A stretch of 64,000 bases of DNA from an uncultured Bacteroides sp. (GCA_964601975.1 CAZRPW010000001.1:93968-157967); one strand, 5' to 3'; counted from the first letter of the stretch, positions 37,779-46,169 are shown. The notes: a model not told the origin generated them from the sequence alone. A program made the numbers and translations.

Positions 37779-39650
37779 CTACCATGTGAATTCAATGCCG
37801 GTGTCAACCGGTGAGATGTTCCATCCTTCAAAGAGCCCCTTTATTACCCTGGCATCGTATTGTCGCTCTATTACTTCGTAGTTTTTAAGGACTTTTATAC
37901 AGGAAGTAAGAAAATCTTCCTTACTACCCTTTATGGCAACAATGCTGTTCAATGCTGCAGTCCGGGCCATGGGCTGGTCACAGGCAAGAACGCTTTTGAA
38001 GGCTTCCAGTGCCAGTTCTTTTTCATCCAGAATATAGAGGAGTTCTGCTGCAGCCACAACCACATTCCAGGATGGATCCGCCGCAGCCTTTTTTATCTGC
38101 TCCAGTGCCGGTTCGGACTGTTTGCCAAGGATCAGCAATCCCTGTGCTCCCCAGTATCGAATCGCGCTATCCACATGATCCAGCAGGGCTTTGAGCTGCT
38201 CAAGGTTTGCAGGATCGGATTCGGATGCAAGGAATGCGGCCTCGCGAATCTCATCAAGAGGCACAGTGCTGCTTCTCACATAGTCGTAAGCTGCCATGGA
38301 TCCGGTTCGGATAATGCGGTCTGCCTCGGGGATGAAACCGGCATCCATTATGTTTGCTCCAAGCTCAACAAGGGCCTGTCGCATGGAGATCAGCTGCTGT
38401 GTATATGCAGGATCTTCTGCCAGGTTATTCACCTCCCAGGGATCGTTTTCGGTATCAAAAAGTTCTTCATGCGGTTTCGTGTTCCAGAAGCGGGACTGAA
38501 TCTCGTTGCATTCCCCGTGGAGGTATGCGCTTTCCCAGGATCGCATGGAAGGTGCTCGCCAGAGGTAATCCAGGTGCTGCATCCAGATTCGGTTTGGATT
38601 GAAGTAGCGGGTATACCTGAATTTCCCGTTGGTAATTGAGCGGGTCATGTCGTATCGTCCATCCATCCTGTCCCTGAACATATAGACATGCTCTGGTTCC
38701 TTTTTCTGGAATTTCCCCAGGAAGGCGCTCCCCTGCATATATTCCGGGGCCGGGGTGCCTGTGAGGCTCAGCAGGGTAGGGGCAAGGTCCACGAAGGAGA
38801 CCAGTCTTTCCACCTTTGATCCGGGCTTTGTTCCCGGGAAGAGTTTCTTATATTTTTCAGGAATCCTGATAATCATCGGTACATGGGTGCCTGTTTCATA
38901 TAGGTACCTTTTGCTTCGGCCAAGTACTCCGCCGTGATCGGCATAATAAAAAACAATGGTGTTTTCGGCCAGACCGGCAGCTTCGAGTTCGGCCAGAACC
39001 TCCCCGACCTTCGTATCCATGTCTTCCACTTTGTCGTAATACTGCGCCCAGTCGTGCCGCATCTCCGGAGTGTCGGGATGATAGGGGGGGAGGATCACAT
39101 CCTCGGGCCTATGCCTCAGAAGGGAGTCCGGAATGGATTTATGAAGGCAGCTTTCATGACTGGTGGTGAAATTGAAGATGGCAAAAAAGGGCTGTCCTTC
39201 GGCACGGTTCCTGTAGTGGGCATCTTTCCCGCATTCATTCCAGATTTCGTCCAGATTTGGGTTTTCGAAGTTATAGTCCGTTTTAGAATTGTTGCTGCAG
39301 TAATACCCTTTTTCCAAAAGGAACTCAGTATAGGGCCTGACAATGTCAGATTTGGGATAGTAAGAGCGCATTTGCTCATTTCCATTGGCACAGGCATGAA
39401 CTCCGGTAATAATTGTGTTTCGTGCAGGGGCGCAGACCGGTGCGTTGGCATAGGCTGATGTATACAGGAAGCCTTCCGCCGCCAGCAGGTCAAGGTTGGG
39501 AGTGGTGGCAAAAGAATCACCGTAGCAGCCCAGGAGGGGGCTGTTATCCTCACTGGTGATCCAGAGGATGTTGGGGAGTTCATTGTTCTTGCTACACCCG
39601 CTTAGGCAAATTACAAGAAGCATTAAGGAAATTAGAACCAGGTTTTTCAT
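37779..39650 (-). CDS. Sulfatase (formylglycine-dependent) with C-terminal HEAT-like repeats
   Basis: 623 aa with a lipoprotein signal. NILWITSEDN and the sulfatase signature CAPARNTIITG (CxPxR). The C-terminal ~170 aa is helical-repeat sequence. Confidence 0.85.
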   Translation of the reverse strand: MKNLVLISLMLLVICLSGCSKNNELPNILWITSEDNSPLLGCYGDSFATTPNLDLLAAEGFLYTSAYANAPVCAPARNTIITGVHACANGNEQMRSYYPKSDIVRPYTEFLLEKGYYCSNNSKTDYNFENPNLDEIWNECGKDAHYRNRAEGQPFFAIFNFTTSHESCLHKSIPDSLLRHRPEDVILPPYHPDTPEMRHDWAQYYDKVEDMDTKVGEVLAELEAAGLAENTIVFYYADHGGVLGRSKRYLYETGTHVPMIIRIPEKYKKLFPGTKPGSKVERLVSFVDLAPTLLSLTGTPAPEYMQGSAFLGKFQKKEPEHVYMFRDRMDGRYDMTRSITNGKFRYTRYFNPNRIWMQHLDYLWRAPSMRSWESAYLHGECNEIQSRFWNTKPHEELFDTENDPWEVNNLAEDPAYTQQLISMRQALVELGANIMDAGFIPEADRIIRTGSMAAYDYVRSSTVPLDEIREAAFLASESDPANLEQLKALLDHVDSAIRYWGAQGLLILGKQSEPALEQIKKAAADPSWNVVVAAAELLYILDEKELALEAFKSVLACDQPMARTAALNSIVAIKGSKEDFLTSCIKVLKNYEVIERQYDARVIKGLFEGWNISPVDTGIEFTW

Positions 39651-39718
39651 GTTTAAAATTAATATTTATCTCGGGGTCCAGCAACCCATGGTGGCTTTTG
39701 TTGTCATTAGAATTAGTG

Positions 39719-39790
39719 GCCCCCGGCATCCTCCAAGCAGTATCTGTCGTCAAAGCAGTGCATGACCTCGGGAGAATCCGGGGGCTTTTT
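39719..39790 (+). other. GC-rich imperfect hairpin (GCCCCCGG ... CCGGGGGC, extended by ATCCTCC/GGAGAAT) followed by T5
   Basis: Read directly. 8-bp perfect outer stem (39719-39726 / 39778-39785) plus about 6 further pairs, then TTTTT at 39786-39790. Located 17 nt upstream of the cat start. Function unknown. Confidence 0.5.
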
Positions 39791-39794
39791 CTAT

Positions 39795-39802
39795 TATCTT
39801 TG
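39795..39802 (+). promoter_or_regulatory. Candidate -7 promoter box (TATCTTTG) ending 4 nt before the cat ATG
   Basis: Perfect TAnnTTTG match. The spacing implies a leaderless or near-leaderless transcript. Confidence 0.4.
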
Positions 39803-39806
39803 GTGT

Positions 39807-40436
39807 ATGAAACCTAAAAAAATAGATACCAGGACCTGGGCACGAAGGGAAATCTTCGAATTTTTCAAGGATTTTGATGAGCCGTACTTTGGTATTAGCA
39901 TAGAGCTGGATTGTACCAAAGCATATGATTATGCGAAGAAGAGGGGCATTTCATTTTTTCTTTATTACCTCTATCTCACACTGAAGGCGGTAAACCAGAA
40001 TGAGGCTTTCAAATATCGCATTGAAGGAGAAGATCTTTTTCTATATGATGTAATCAATGGTTCAGCCACCATCGACCGGGATGATGGAACCTTTGGTTTT
40101 TCGCACATCCTTTATTTTGAGGAGCTGGACCTTTTTTTGGAGAAGGCCACCGAGGAGGTAATCCAAGTGAGAACCACAAACCAACTGATGCGTAGTGGGA
40201 TTGGTGAAAATGTAATCCATTTTTCGTCTCTTCCCTGGATTGAATTTACCCACGTGAGCCATCCCAGGTCATATAAGAAAAGGGACAGCATTCCCAAAAT
40301 TACCTTTGGGAAATATCACAGGAGAAATGAGCGGATATTGATTCCGGTTTCTGTACATGTGAATCATGCGGTGGCCGATGGATTGCATGTGGGCTTGTTT
40401 TTTGAGACCCTTAAAAAACTATTTTCAGGTAGCTGA
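39807..40436 (+). CDS. cat: Chloramphenicol acetyltransferase (type-A CAT family)
   Basis: Start at the internal ATG 39807 (MKPKKIDTRTWARREIFEFF). CAT-like length (209 aa). The C-terminal catalytic block SVHVNHAVADGLHVGLFF corresponds to the HHAVCDG(F/Y)H motif, with the catalytic His retained. Confidence 0.8.
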   Translation: MKPKKIDTRTWARREIFEFFKDFDEPYFGISIELDCTKAYDYAKKRGISFFLYYLYLTLKAVNQNEAFKYRIEGEDLFLYDVINGSATIDRDDGTFGFSHILYFEELDLFLEKATEEVIQVRTTNQLMRSGIGENVIHFSSLPWIEFTHVSHPRSYKKRDSIPKITFGKYHRRNERILIPVSVHVNHAVADGLHVGLFFETLKKLFSGS

Positions 40437-41111
40437 GAATCGCTCCAGGAGTTCCTCCCTGGAAGAAGGGCTTACCGGGATCCGTTCCGAAGCAATCTTT
40501 ACCTGGTTTCCCTCAATGAAACTTATTTTTTTCAGGTTGACCACCCAGGATTTGTGGACCCTCATGAAATCGCACTCCGGGAGCGCTTCTGTGAAATTCT
40601 TAAGGGTGTCATGGACCGTTAGTCTCATCTCGGCCATGTGGATTCTGATGTAGTCACCCTGTCCCTCCACGAAGAGGATATTTTCCGGTTCAAGGGCAAA
40701 TAGTTTTTTGTCAGCCTTCACAATTATTTTTTGTGCATTTACCTGCCCATTCCCGGAGGATAAGCTTGCCAGGGCACGGTTGACTGCCTTCAGGAAGCGT
40801 TCGAAGGAGTAGGGTTTAACCAGGTAATCCAGGGCATTCAGATCAAATCCTTCAACCGCAAATTCCGGGTAGGCAGTGGTAAAAATAATGAGCGGTGGGT
40901 AAGGAAGGGAGCGTGCCAGGGCGATCCCGGTAAGGCCAGGCATATTGATATCCAGAAAAAGGATATCCACTGGCTTCTGTGCCAGCTGGTGTGTTGCCTC
41001 AATGCCATCGGAACATTCAGCCATCAACTCCAGATCCTTTACTTCTCCTATGTACTTGCGCAGGATATCCCTTGAAAGTGGTTCGTCATCTACGATCATG
41101 CAGGTAGCCAT
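40425..41111 (-). CDS. LytR/AlgR-family response regulator (REC + LytTR DNA-binding domain)
   Basis: 228 aa. IVDDEPLSRD ... DILFLDINMPGLTG receiver domain and a C-terminal LytTR pattern (FMRVHKSWVVNL). Confidence 0.9.
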   Translation of the reverse strand: MATCMIVDDEPLSRDILRKYIGEVKDLELMAECSDGIEATHQLAQKPVDILFLDINMPGLTGIALARSLPYPPLIIFTTAYPEFAVEGFDLNALDYLVKPYSFERFLKAVNRALASLSSGNGQVNAQKIIVKADKKLFALEPENILFVEGQGDYIRIHMAEMRLTVHDTLKNFTEALPECDFMRVHKSWVVNLKKISFIEGNQVKIASERIPVSPSSREELLERFSAT

Positions 41112-41113
41112 AG

Positions 41114-42187
41114 TCAGCGCTTTAGGTCCATTTTTAAATTTACAACAAACATCTGCTCCTCTTTTCCAATCCTCAGGATGTGTTTGCCGGGATAGAGAAG
41201 TTCGAGGCGTTTTTTTGTGTTTTCAATCCCGATACCCTTTCTATTGTCGAGTTGCAGCGAGTCGGCCGGCCCTGTACTGTTCCGGATGCTGAATTCCAGT
41301 CCCGTCGAATTGATATTTAGATTGATCCCGATAAAGGCCTTTCCGCTTCCACCCTGAAGTCCGTGCTTGAAGCTGTTTTCAATAAAGGGGATCAGCAACA
41401 TGGGCGCTATTTCAAGGTCTTCCGGATCACCTTCAATACTTAGTTTGATATCTGCCCGTACCGGATCCACCCTGTATCTGTATATTTCCACGTAGTTTTG
41501 GATCAGTTGAATTTCTTTCTCAAGGCTGATCCTGGGCCGTTCGGTCTCGTAAAGGGTATATTTCAGGATTTCGGAAAGCTGCAGGATCACCTCGGGGCTT
41601 CGTTCCGATTTTTCAAGGGAAAGGGCATAGATGGTCTGAAGGCTATTCAGAAGGAAATGCGGGTTAATCTGCGATTGAAGTGATTTTAGCTGATGACTGG
41701 TCGTCATTCGTTCCATCCGCAGCAGCATGAACCAGCTTCGAGAGAGCTTCAGCAGGGTGGTCAGAACAAGGATGCTTCCTGCATAGATCATCAGTTGCCA
41801 CACACTATAGTAGGAGATAAAATAGTAGTTGGGCAAAAGGAGATCGATCCAGCGATCGAAAAGGATAAATAGAAACCCTGCTCCAGCAGAGACGAGCGTT
41901 GGGAAGGATAATCCGTATAAGAGGTATTTCTCCTTTCTCAGTAATTTTGGGATGAAATAGTAGAGATTGAGGTAGCTTATCCCGATAAGAGGCAATAAGA
42001 AAATGGCTGTATAGATCAGATCTATTTTCTCAAATGATCCGGATGTACTGAAAATATTAACCAGGACCAAAAAAACCAATAGCCAGAAGGCGAGGTGCTG
42101 CCACCAGCGCCTTCTGAAGATCATCAGGTCGGTAAAACTGACGCTATTCTCATTATCTCGCAGCTTGCCTGCCATCACAGATACCAA
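41114..42187 (-). CDS. LytS-type sensor histidine kinase (membrane, His_kinase + HATPase_c)
   Basis: 357 aa with about 5 N-terminal TM segments. LQSQINPHFLLNSLQTI is the H-box of the LytS/YehU type. The stop lies 2 nt from the response-regulator start. Confidence 0.85.
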   Translation of the reverse strand: MVSVMAGKLRDNENSVSFTDLMIFRRRWWQHLAFWLLVFLVLVNIFSTSGSFEKIDLIYTAIFLLPLIGISYLNLYYFIPKLLRKEKYLLYGLSFPTLVSAGAGFLFILFDRWIDLLLPNYYFISYYSVWQLMIYAGSILVLTTLLKLSRSWFMLLRMERMTTSHQLKSLQSQINPHFLLNSLQTIYALSLEKSERSPEVILQLSEILKYTLYETERPRISLEKEIQLIQNYVEIYRYRVDPVRADIKLSIEGDPEDLEIAPMLLIPFIENSFKHGLQGGSGKAFIGINLNINSTGLEFSIRNSTGPADSLQLDNRKGIGIENTKKRLELLYPGKHILRIGKEEQMFVVNLKMDLKR

Positions 42188-42234
42188 TTTAGGGAATTCA
42201 GCTTACAGCGCAATTTTTTTCGTGCATGGGTAAC

Positions 42235-42939
42235 TTATCCGGGTTCTGATACTTGTCCCGCCTTTGCGGGGAGTGGACCGTGATAGGGTTTTAATTTGAG
42301 GAAAATTCCCATATCGTCCTGTCCATCTGTGCTCCCTTTTGTAAAGATTGCTTCAATCTCTTCCACGGTTTTGGGATCGTTGGCATATTTTTTAATGAAT
42401 TTCTGAAGTTCATCGGTGTCGGCCGTCAGCACATGGCGGTCGTAATCTGATGAATTTACAGTTTCATGTTTGATGCGGATTCGGTTTTGTTCAAAGAGCT
42501 CATTGAGCCAGTCATCCCCATACCAGTATAGCAGGATCGAGTCTTTATTATATTGCACCCGGGCCAGGGTATGTACAGGCACATGATGGTAGGTGGTCAT
42601 ATCTCCGGTACAGTGATCCTCCTTGGGATCGGGCATGAAGTCCACATATTTTACACTGTTCAGCTGAAACAGGGTCCCGGTAAGCACTGAATACTGGTCG
42701 TCCTCTTCATAGTAAGTGATCACGTAGGAGCTGTCGTGTTTCTCAGGTCCCATGAATTCAGTGCTTTTCAAATTGGGAAGGATGGTCCATATGCATGAAT
42801 CCCCGTCCATCCAGTAGCCCACCATTGTGGTGTCGAATATTTTATCCTCTTTCTTAAAGAAAGGATGTAGTGAACTGACCAAACAACCACTCATGGCGGT
42901 TAAGGCCAGGGTCAGGATTATAACTTTTGCGTGTTTCAT
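42235..42939 (-). CDS. Hypothetical lipoprotein
   Basis: Start taken at the internal ATG 42939 (MKHAKVIILTLALTAMSGC, a lipobox). I recognise no family. It lies upstream of, and on the same strand as, the LytS/LytTR pair. Confidence 0.5.
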   Translation of the reverse strand: MKHAKVIILTLALTAMSGCLVSSLHPFFKKEDKIFDTTMVGYWMDGDSCIWTILPNLKSTEFMGPEKHDSSYVITYYEEDDQYSVLTGTLFQLNSVKYVDFMPDPKEDHCTGDMTTYHHVPVHTLARVQYNKDSILLYWYGDDWLNELFEQNRIRIKHETVNSSDYDRHVLTADTDELQKFIKKYANDPKTVEEIEAIFTKGSTDGQDDMGIFLKLKPYHGPLPAKAGQVSEPG

Positions 42940-43038
42940 TTTTTTGCAGTTTTGATGATGGGGTAAAAATGCTTTATAGAATATGGCCTGACAACTTTTT
43001 TCGGTCAATGCACCCCACTTGTCGGTGAAAGATCCAGA

Positions 43039-43070
43039 TTTGGTATAAGAAAATTTCTAACTTATATTTA
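43039..43070 (+). promoter_or_regulatory. Candidate promoter: -33 TTTG, 20-nt spacer, -7 TATATTTA (one mismatch)
   Basis: Read directly. Spacing fits the Bacteroidota -33/-7 architecture. It lies 31 nt upstream of ATG 43101. Confidence 0.35.
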
Positions 43071-43100
43071 ATCAATCATTTCAATCAAAATCAGGTGATC

Positions 43101-43775
43101 ATGACTAAGAAAAAATCGAAAAAGGAATCGGCCAAAAAAGATGAAAAGAAGAAAGGTATCCTGGCAAAGCTGAAGAAGGATAAAGAGAAGAAAGCCAGGA
43201 AGAAAGAAGCTAAAAAGAAGGATAAGGAGGAGAAAGCTAAAAAGAAAGAAGCCAGGAAGAAGGAAGCTAAAATGAAGGAAAAGGAGAAGAAGGCCAAAAA
43301 GAAGGAAGCTAAAAAGAAGGAAAAGGAGAAGAAAGCCAAAAAGAAGGAAGCTAAAAAGAAGAAAGAAGCCAGGAAGGAAACGGTTTCTCCGCTTAAAAAG
43401 CCGCTGAAGGAGGTAGTGAAAAAACCGGCTCCTGCTCCATCTTCAATCATAGCAACCGTTTCGGCCAAAGCCCCGGTCCCTGTTAAAAAGACCCCTGTTA
43501 AAGCAAAAGTCCCTGGGAAGACTCCTGTTAAAACCAAGACTGCCGCTAAGTCTTCTGCAAAAGCTACCGCTAAGGTTCCTGCAAAAGCCAAAGCCCCGGC
43601 TCCAAAATCTGCCCTGCCTAAAGCCCGTGCAGATCATAGTTCAAATTACAAAGTACAGGAGGCTATTAAAAGGCTGAAATCGATTAAAAACAAGGATGAG
43701 TTTATGGCCTTTATCAAGGGTGAGAAGCGTGTTACCATTACCAAGCACATTCCTGCAGCCCTTAATAAATTATAG
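43101..43775 (+). CDS. Lysine-rich, histone-H1-like low-complexity protein with a small C-terminal globular domain
   Basis: The track ORF starts at GTG 43095; the first ATG is 43101 (MTKKKSKKESAKK). About 95 aa of KKEAKKK/KEKEKKAKKK repeats are followed by about 80 aa of PVKK/AKA repeats. The last ~45 aa are non-repetitive (SNYKVQEAIKRLKSIKNKDEFMAFIKGEKRVTITKHIPAALNKL). Confidence 0.6.
   Translation: MTKKKSKKESAKKDEKKKGILAKLKKDKEKKARKKEAKKKDKEEKAKKKEARKKEAKMKEKEKKAKKKEAKKKEKEKKAKKKEAKKKKEARKETVSPLKKPLKEVVKKPAPAPSSIIATVSAKAPVPVKKTPVKAKVPGKTPVKTKTAAKSSAKATAKVPAKAKAPAPKSALPKARADHSSNYKVQEAIKRLKSIKNKDEFMAFIKGEKRVTITKHIPAALNKL
43274..43357 (+). repeat. Tandem 2 x 42-bp duplication (41/42 identical) within a ~275-bp purine-rich tract (43107-43381)
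   Basis: gaaggaaaaggagaagaaggccaaaaagaaggaagctaaaaa is followed directly by gaaggaaaaggagaagaaagccaaaaagaaggaagctaaaaa. It encodes KEKEKKAKKKEAKK twice. Confidence 0.9.
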
Positions 43776-44762
43776 CTGATCTGTTTTTACTTTCAGAATA
43801 TAGGGCTCAAAGACCTGGCTGATATAAAGGTAGTCATCAAAGATAATGGCGGTGGAAGCTCCGCTGATCTGTGAGCCCTCATTGGCGAATAAGGTTTCTG
43901 TTTTTCCACTTTGAGGATCAACCAGAAATACCTTTACCGGTGAATGCTTAGCCTGATTTTTGGCATGCCTGACAAACCGAAGCGGTTTCACATGTGCGCA
44001 GGTGAGAATCTTTCCCTGGTGAATCCTTAGGTTATCATTTCCCTTTAATCCCTCAATATTTGGAAGGGGTGTCAGACCCTTTTCGGAGATCCGGTAGTGG
44101 TGGATCAGGTTCAGGGTAGCATCACCGGCGAATATTTCGTTTCCGATACGGTTCATGCCTGCCGGGTATCCCAGGTCTGTGGCCATGAAATGAGATTCCC
44201 ACTGGCCTTCAGCATTTTTTCTGAGCATGACCACACTTGCCCGTTTTAGTTTCAAGGCTTTTTCGATTATACTTCCCCGCTTACCCGAATCATTAACCAG
44301 GTAGATCTCCCCCCGTGGTCCGGTCACCAGGGCGTTAGGTGAGTGTTGTTTACCGGTCAGGATCTTTTCTTTGAATTCCAGGTGTCTCTCATGTACCTGG
44401 TAGATCAGAATCGGATGGATGTCGGGTTCTCTCTCGTGGCTGATCACATAGAGCAGATCACCATCCAGGAATATTCCATGGGGTCGGAATACCAGGGAGT
44501 CGGGTTCATTGGAACGGACCAGTACCGAGCGTTCCATGGAAAGGAGATCCAAGGCCTCGATTTCCCCATAGGGCTTGTATGCTTCCCGCCTGGCTGCGCA
44601 GGAAATCAGTAAGCGGGGCGAGAACAGGGTGTCCAGGACCATATCTTCAGGCCCGGGTCCCACTGCGATTCGCTCAGCGCTCACAGAGAAATCGGCAGGG
44701 AATGAATTGCAATCCAGGGAATACATGATCAGTGCCGCCAGTAAAATGTGTCTAAATCTCAT
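43770..44762 (-). CDS. Beta-propeller protein, paraoxonase/arylesterase (PON/SMP-30)-like
   Basis: 330 aa with a signal peptide and a repeated beta-strand pattern. The C-terminal ...DDYLYISQVFEPYILKV resembles the PON C-terminus (...LLIGTVFHKALYCEL) as I recall it. Family assignment is tentative. Confidence 0.45.
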   Translation of the reverse strand: MRFRHILLAALIMYSLDCNSFPADFSVSAERIAVGPGPEDMVLDTLFSPRLLISCAARREAYKPYGEIEALDLLSMERSVLVRSNEPDSLVFRPHGIFLDGDLLYVISHEREPDIHPILIYQVHERHLEFKEKILTGKQHSPNALVTGPRGEIYLVNDSGKRGSIIEKALKLKRASVVMLRKNAEGQWESHFMATDLGYPAGMNRIGNEIFAGDATLNLIHHYRISEKGLTPLPNIEGLKGNDNLRIHQGKILTCAHVKPLRFVRHAKNQAKHSPVKVFLVDPQSGKTETLFANEGSQISGASTAIIFDDYLYISQVFEPYILKVKTDQL

Positions 44763-44831
44763 ATTTTAGATAGTAAAGCAACCAGTTTGGAGTTTTTATC
44801 ATCCTGATTGAAAGATTAAGATACTCAATTT

Positions 44832-45263
44832 ATGAAAAAGCTTCTGTATCTCCTCATTCCGATAATTATGTTTTCCTGCGAGAAAGATATTATGGAAACA
44901 GGTGCCCTTGGTGAAAATGCTGGCATTGTTGGTACATGGGTGGAAGAGATTGATCTCACTCTGCCAACCGATGGTGTCACCACGCTGAATCGCAGTGAGG
45001 ATTTTGATCCGGACAGGTATGGGTTTAGCATTCATGAGGATGGGACTTTCATTGAACGAAAAAATGCAGGTTGGTGTGGCACGCCTCCCATTAGTTATGA
45101 TAATTTTGAAGGAACCTGGGAGCCCCTTTCCGATAGTCTGCTCGATATTACTGTTGCATACTGGGGCGGCACCCTTACCTACCAGATGCGGATTGTTAGC
45201 TTTGAAGCGGATAAGCTTAGAATCAGGTACCTCTTTACGGAGGACCGGACTGATGTGAAGTAG
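44832..45263 (+). CDS. Small hypothetical lipoprotein
   Basis: 143 aa. MKKLLYLLIPIIMFSC lipobox. Preferred over the overlapping 175-aa minus-strand ORF, which has no signal or motif. Confidence 0.55.
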   Translation: MKKLLYLLIPIIMFSCEKDIMETGALGENAGIVGTWVEEIDLTLPTDGVTTLNRSEDFDPDRYGFSIHEDGTFIERKNAGWCGTPPISYDNFEGTWEPLSDSLLDITVAYWGGTLTYQMRIVSFEADKLRIRYLFTEDRTDVK

Positions 45264-45310
45264 TTTGTTTTTCAGATAAAGCTTTATCTTCGCTTTCCAT
45301 AGATACTCCC

Positions 45311-46069
45311 ATGGAGCGCGAATCATTCTTTCTATTTCTCTGGCTTTGGACCATTTTGGGACTGCTGGTCTTTATTCTCCTGCTTTTTGTGACGGCTCCA
45401 TACGGACGTCACAGTCGCAAGGACTGGGGCCCCTCCATTCCAAACCGGGTGGGCTGGATTGTCATGGAACTGCCTTCACTTGTTGTTTTCATCCTGGCCT
45501 TTCTGCTGGGACCTGAAGGAGTTCAGCCACTTACCTGGATCTTTTTTGCCCTGTATGTATTTCATTATGGTAATCGATCCATTCTCTGGCCATTGAGAAC
45601 AAAGACTACGGGAAAGAAAATGCCCCTTGTGATTGCTCTGATGGCGGTCATTTTCAACCTGGTGAACGGCTTTATAAATGGCTATTATTTTTCAGCATTT
45701 GCACGTGATTATAACTGGGAGTGGCTCTATGATATCCGCTTCATTCTTGGATTCATTCTATGGGGTGTCGGGGTTTTTATTAACTGGTGGTCGGACCAAA
45801 TCCTTTTAAACCTGAGAAGAGGGGGACAGAAGGGGTATTTTATTCCAAAAGGAGGACTGTTCAAGTATGTAAGCTGCCCTAATTTTATGGGAGAAATCAT
45901 GGAGTGGGCGGGTTTTGCAATCATGACCTGGAGTCCGGCTGCCCTGGTTTTTGCACTGTGGACCTTCTTCAACCTGGTTCCCCGTGCCCTGGATCATCAT
46001 AAGTGGTACCAGGAAACCTTCCCTGACTATCCGGTCAGGCGCAAGGCCATCCTTCCATTCTTATTTTAA
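45311..46069 (+). CDS. 3-oxo-5-alpha-steroid 4-dehydrogenase (steroid 5-alpha-reductase) family membrane protein
   Basis: 252 aa, polytopic. The C-terminal motif YFIPKGGLFKYVSCPNFMGEIMEWAGFAI closely resembles the SRD5A signature (IPRGGLFEYVSCPNYFGE). Confidence 0.75.
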   Translation: MERESFFLFLWLWTILGLLVFILLLFVTAPYGRHSRKDWGPSIPNRVGWIVMELPSLVVFILAFLLGPEGVQPLTWIFFALYVFHYGNRSILWPLRTKTTGKKMPLVIALMAVIFNLVNGFINGYYFSAFARDYNWEWLYDIRFILGFILWGVGVFINWWSDQILLNLRRGGQKGYFIPKGGLFKYVSCPNFMGEIMEWAGFAIMTWSPAALVFALWTFFNLVPRALDHHKWYQETFPDYPVRRKAILPFLF

Positions 46070-46169
46070 GCAGGTAACATCAGATCTAAGGGAATCTTCT
46101 CGTGACGTGGTTATTTTCCGCCACGGCGGAAAAAATTGCCAGTTCCCTCAAAAACGCCTATCATATATA

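Noticed and set aside
39762-39806. The upstream in-frame ATG (MTSGESGGFFYYLWC) considered as a cat leader peptide for translation attenuation.
   Set aside because: It is in frame with cat and continuous with it, with no stop, so it is not a separate leader ORF. It also lies upstream of the predicted -7 box. The classical attenuation architecture is not present.
43091-43591. 166-aa minus-strand ORF (FFLASFFLAFFSFSFF...) opposite the lysine-rich gene.
   Set aside because: It is the mirror image of the AAG-rich repeat, since CTT/TTC codons give Leu/Phe/Ser. It has no non-repetitive domain and no promoter context. The plus-strand ORF has a promoter-like -33/-7 pair and a globular C-terminal domain. 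Without expression data the strand choice is still not certain.
44799-45326. 175-aa minus-strand ORF overlapping the 143-aa plus-strand lipoprotein ORF.
   Set aside because: The plus-strand product has a canonical lipoprotein signal (MKKLLYLLIPIIMFSC). The minus-strand product has no signal or motif, and it would run into the neighbouring gene's start.
46114-46133. Hairpin TTTTCCGC-cacg-GCGGAAAA between the steroid-reductase-like gene and purL, considered as a bidirectional terminator.
   Set aside because: The T-run precedes the stem and the A-run follows it on both strands, so these runs simply extend the stem and no U-tract follows on either transcript. It is not a canonical intrinsic terminator, although a non-canonical role cannot be excluded.
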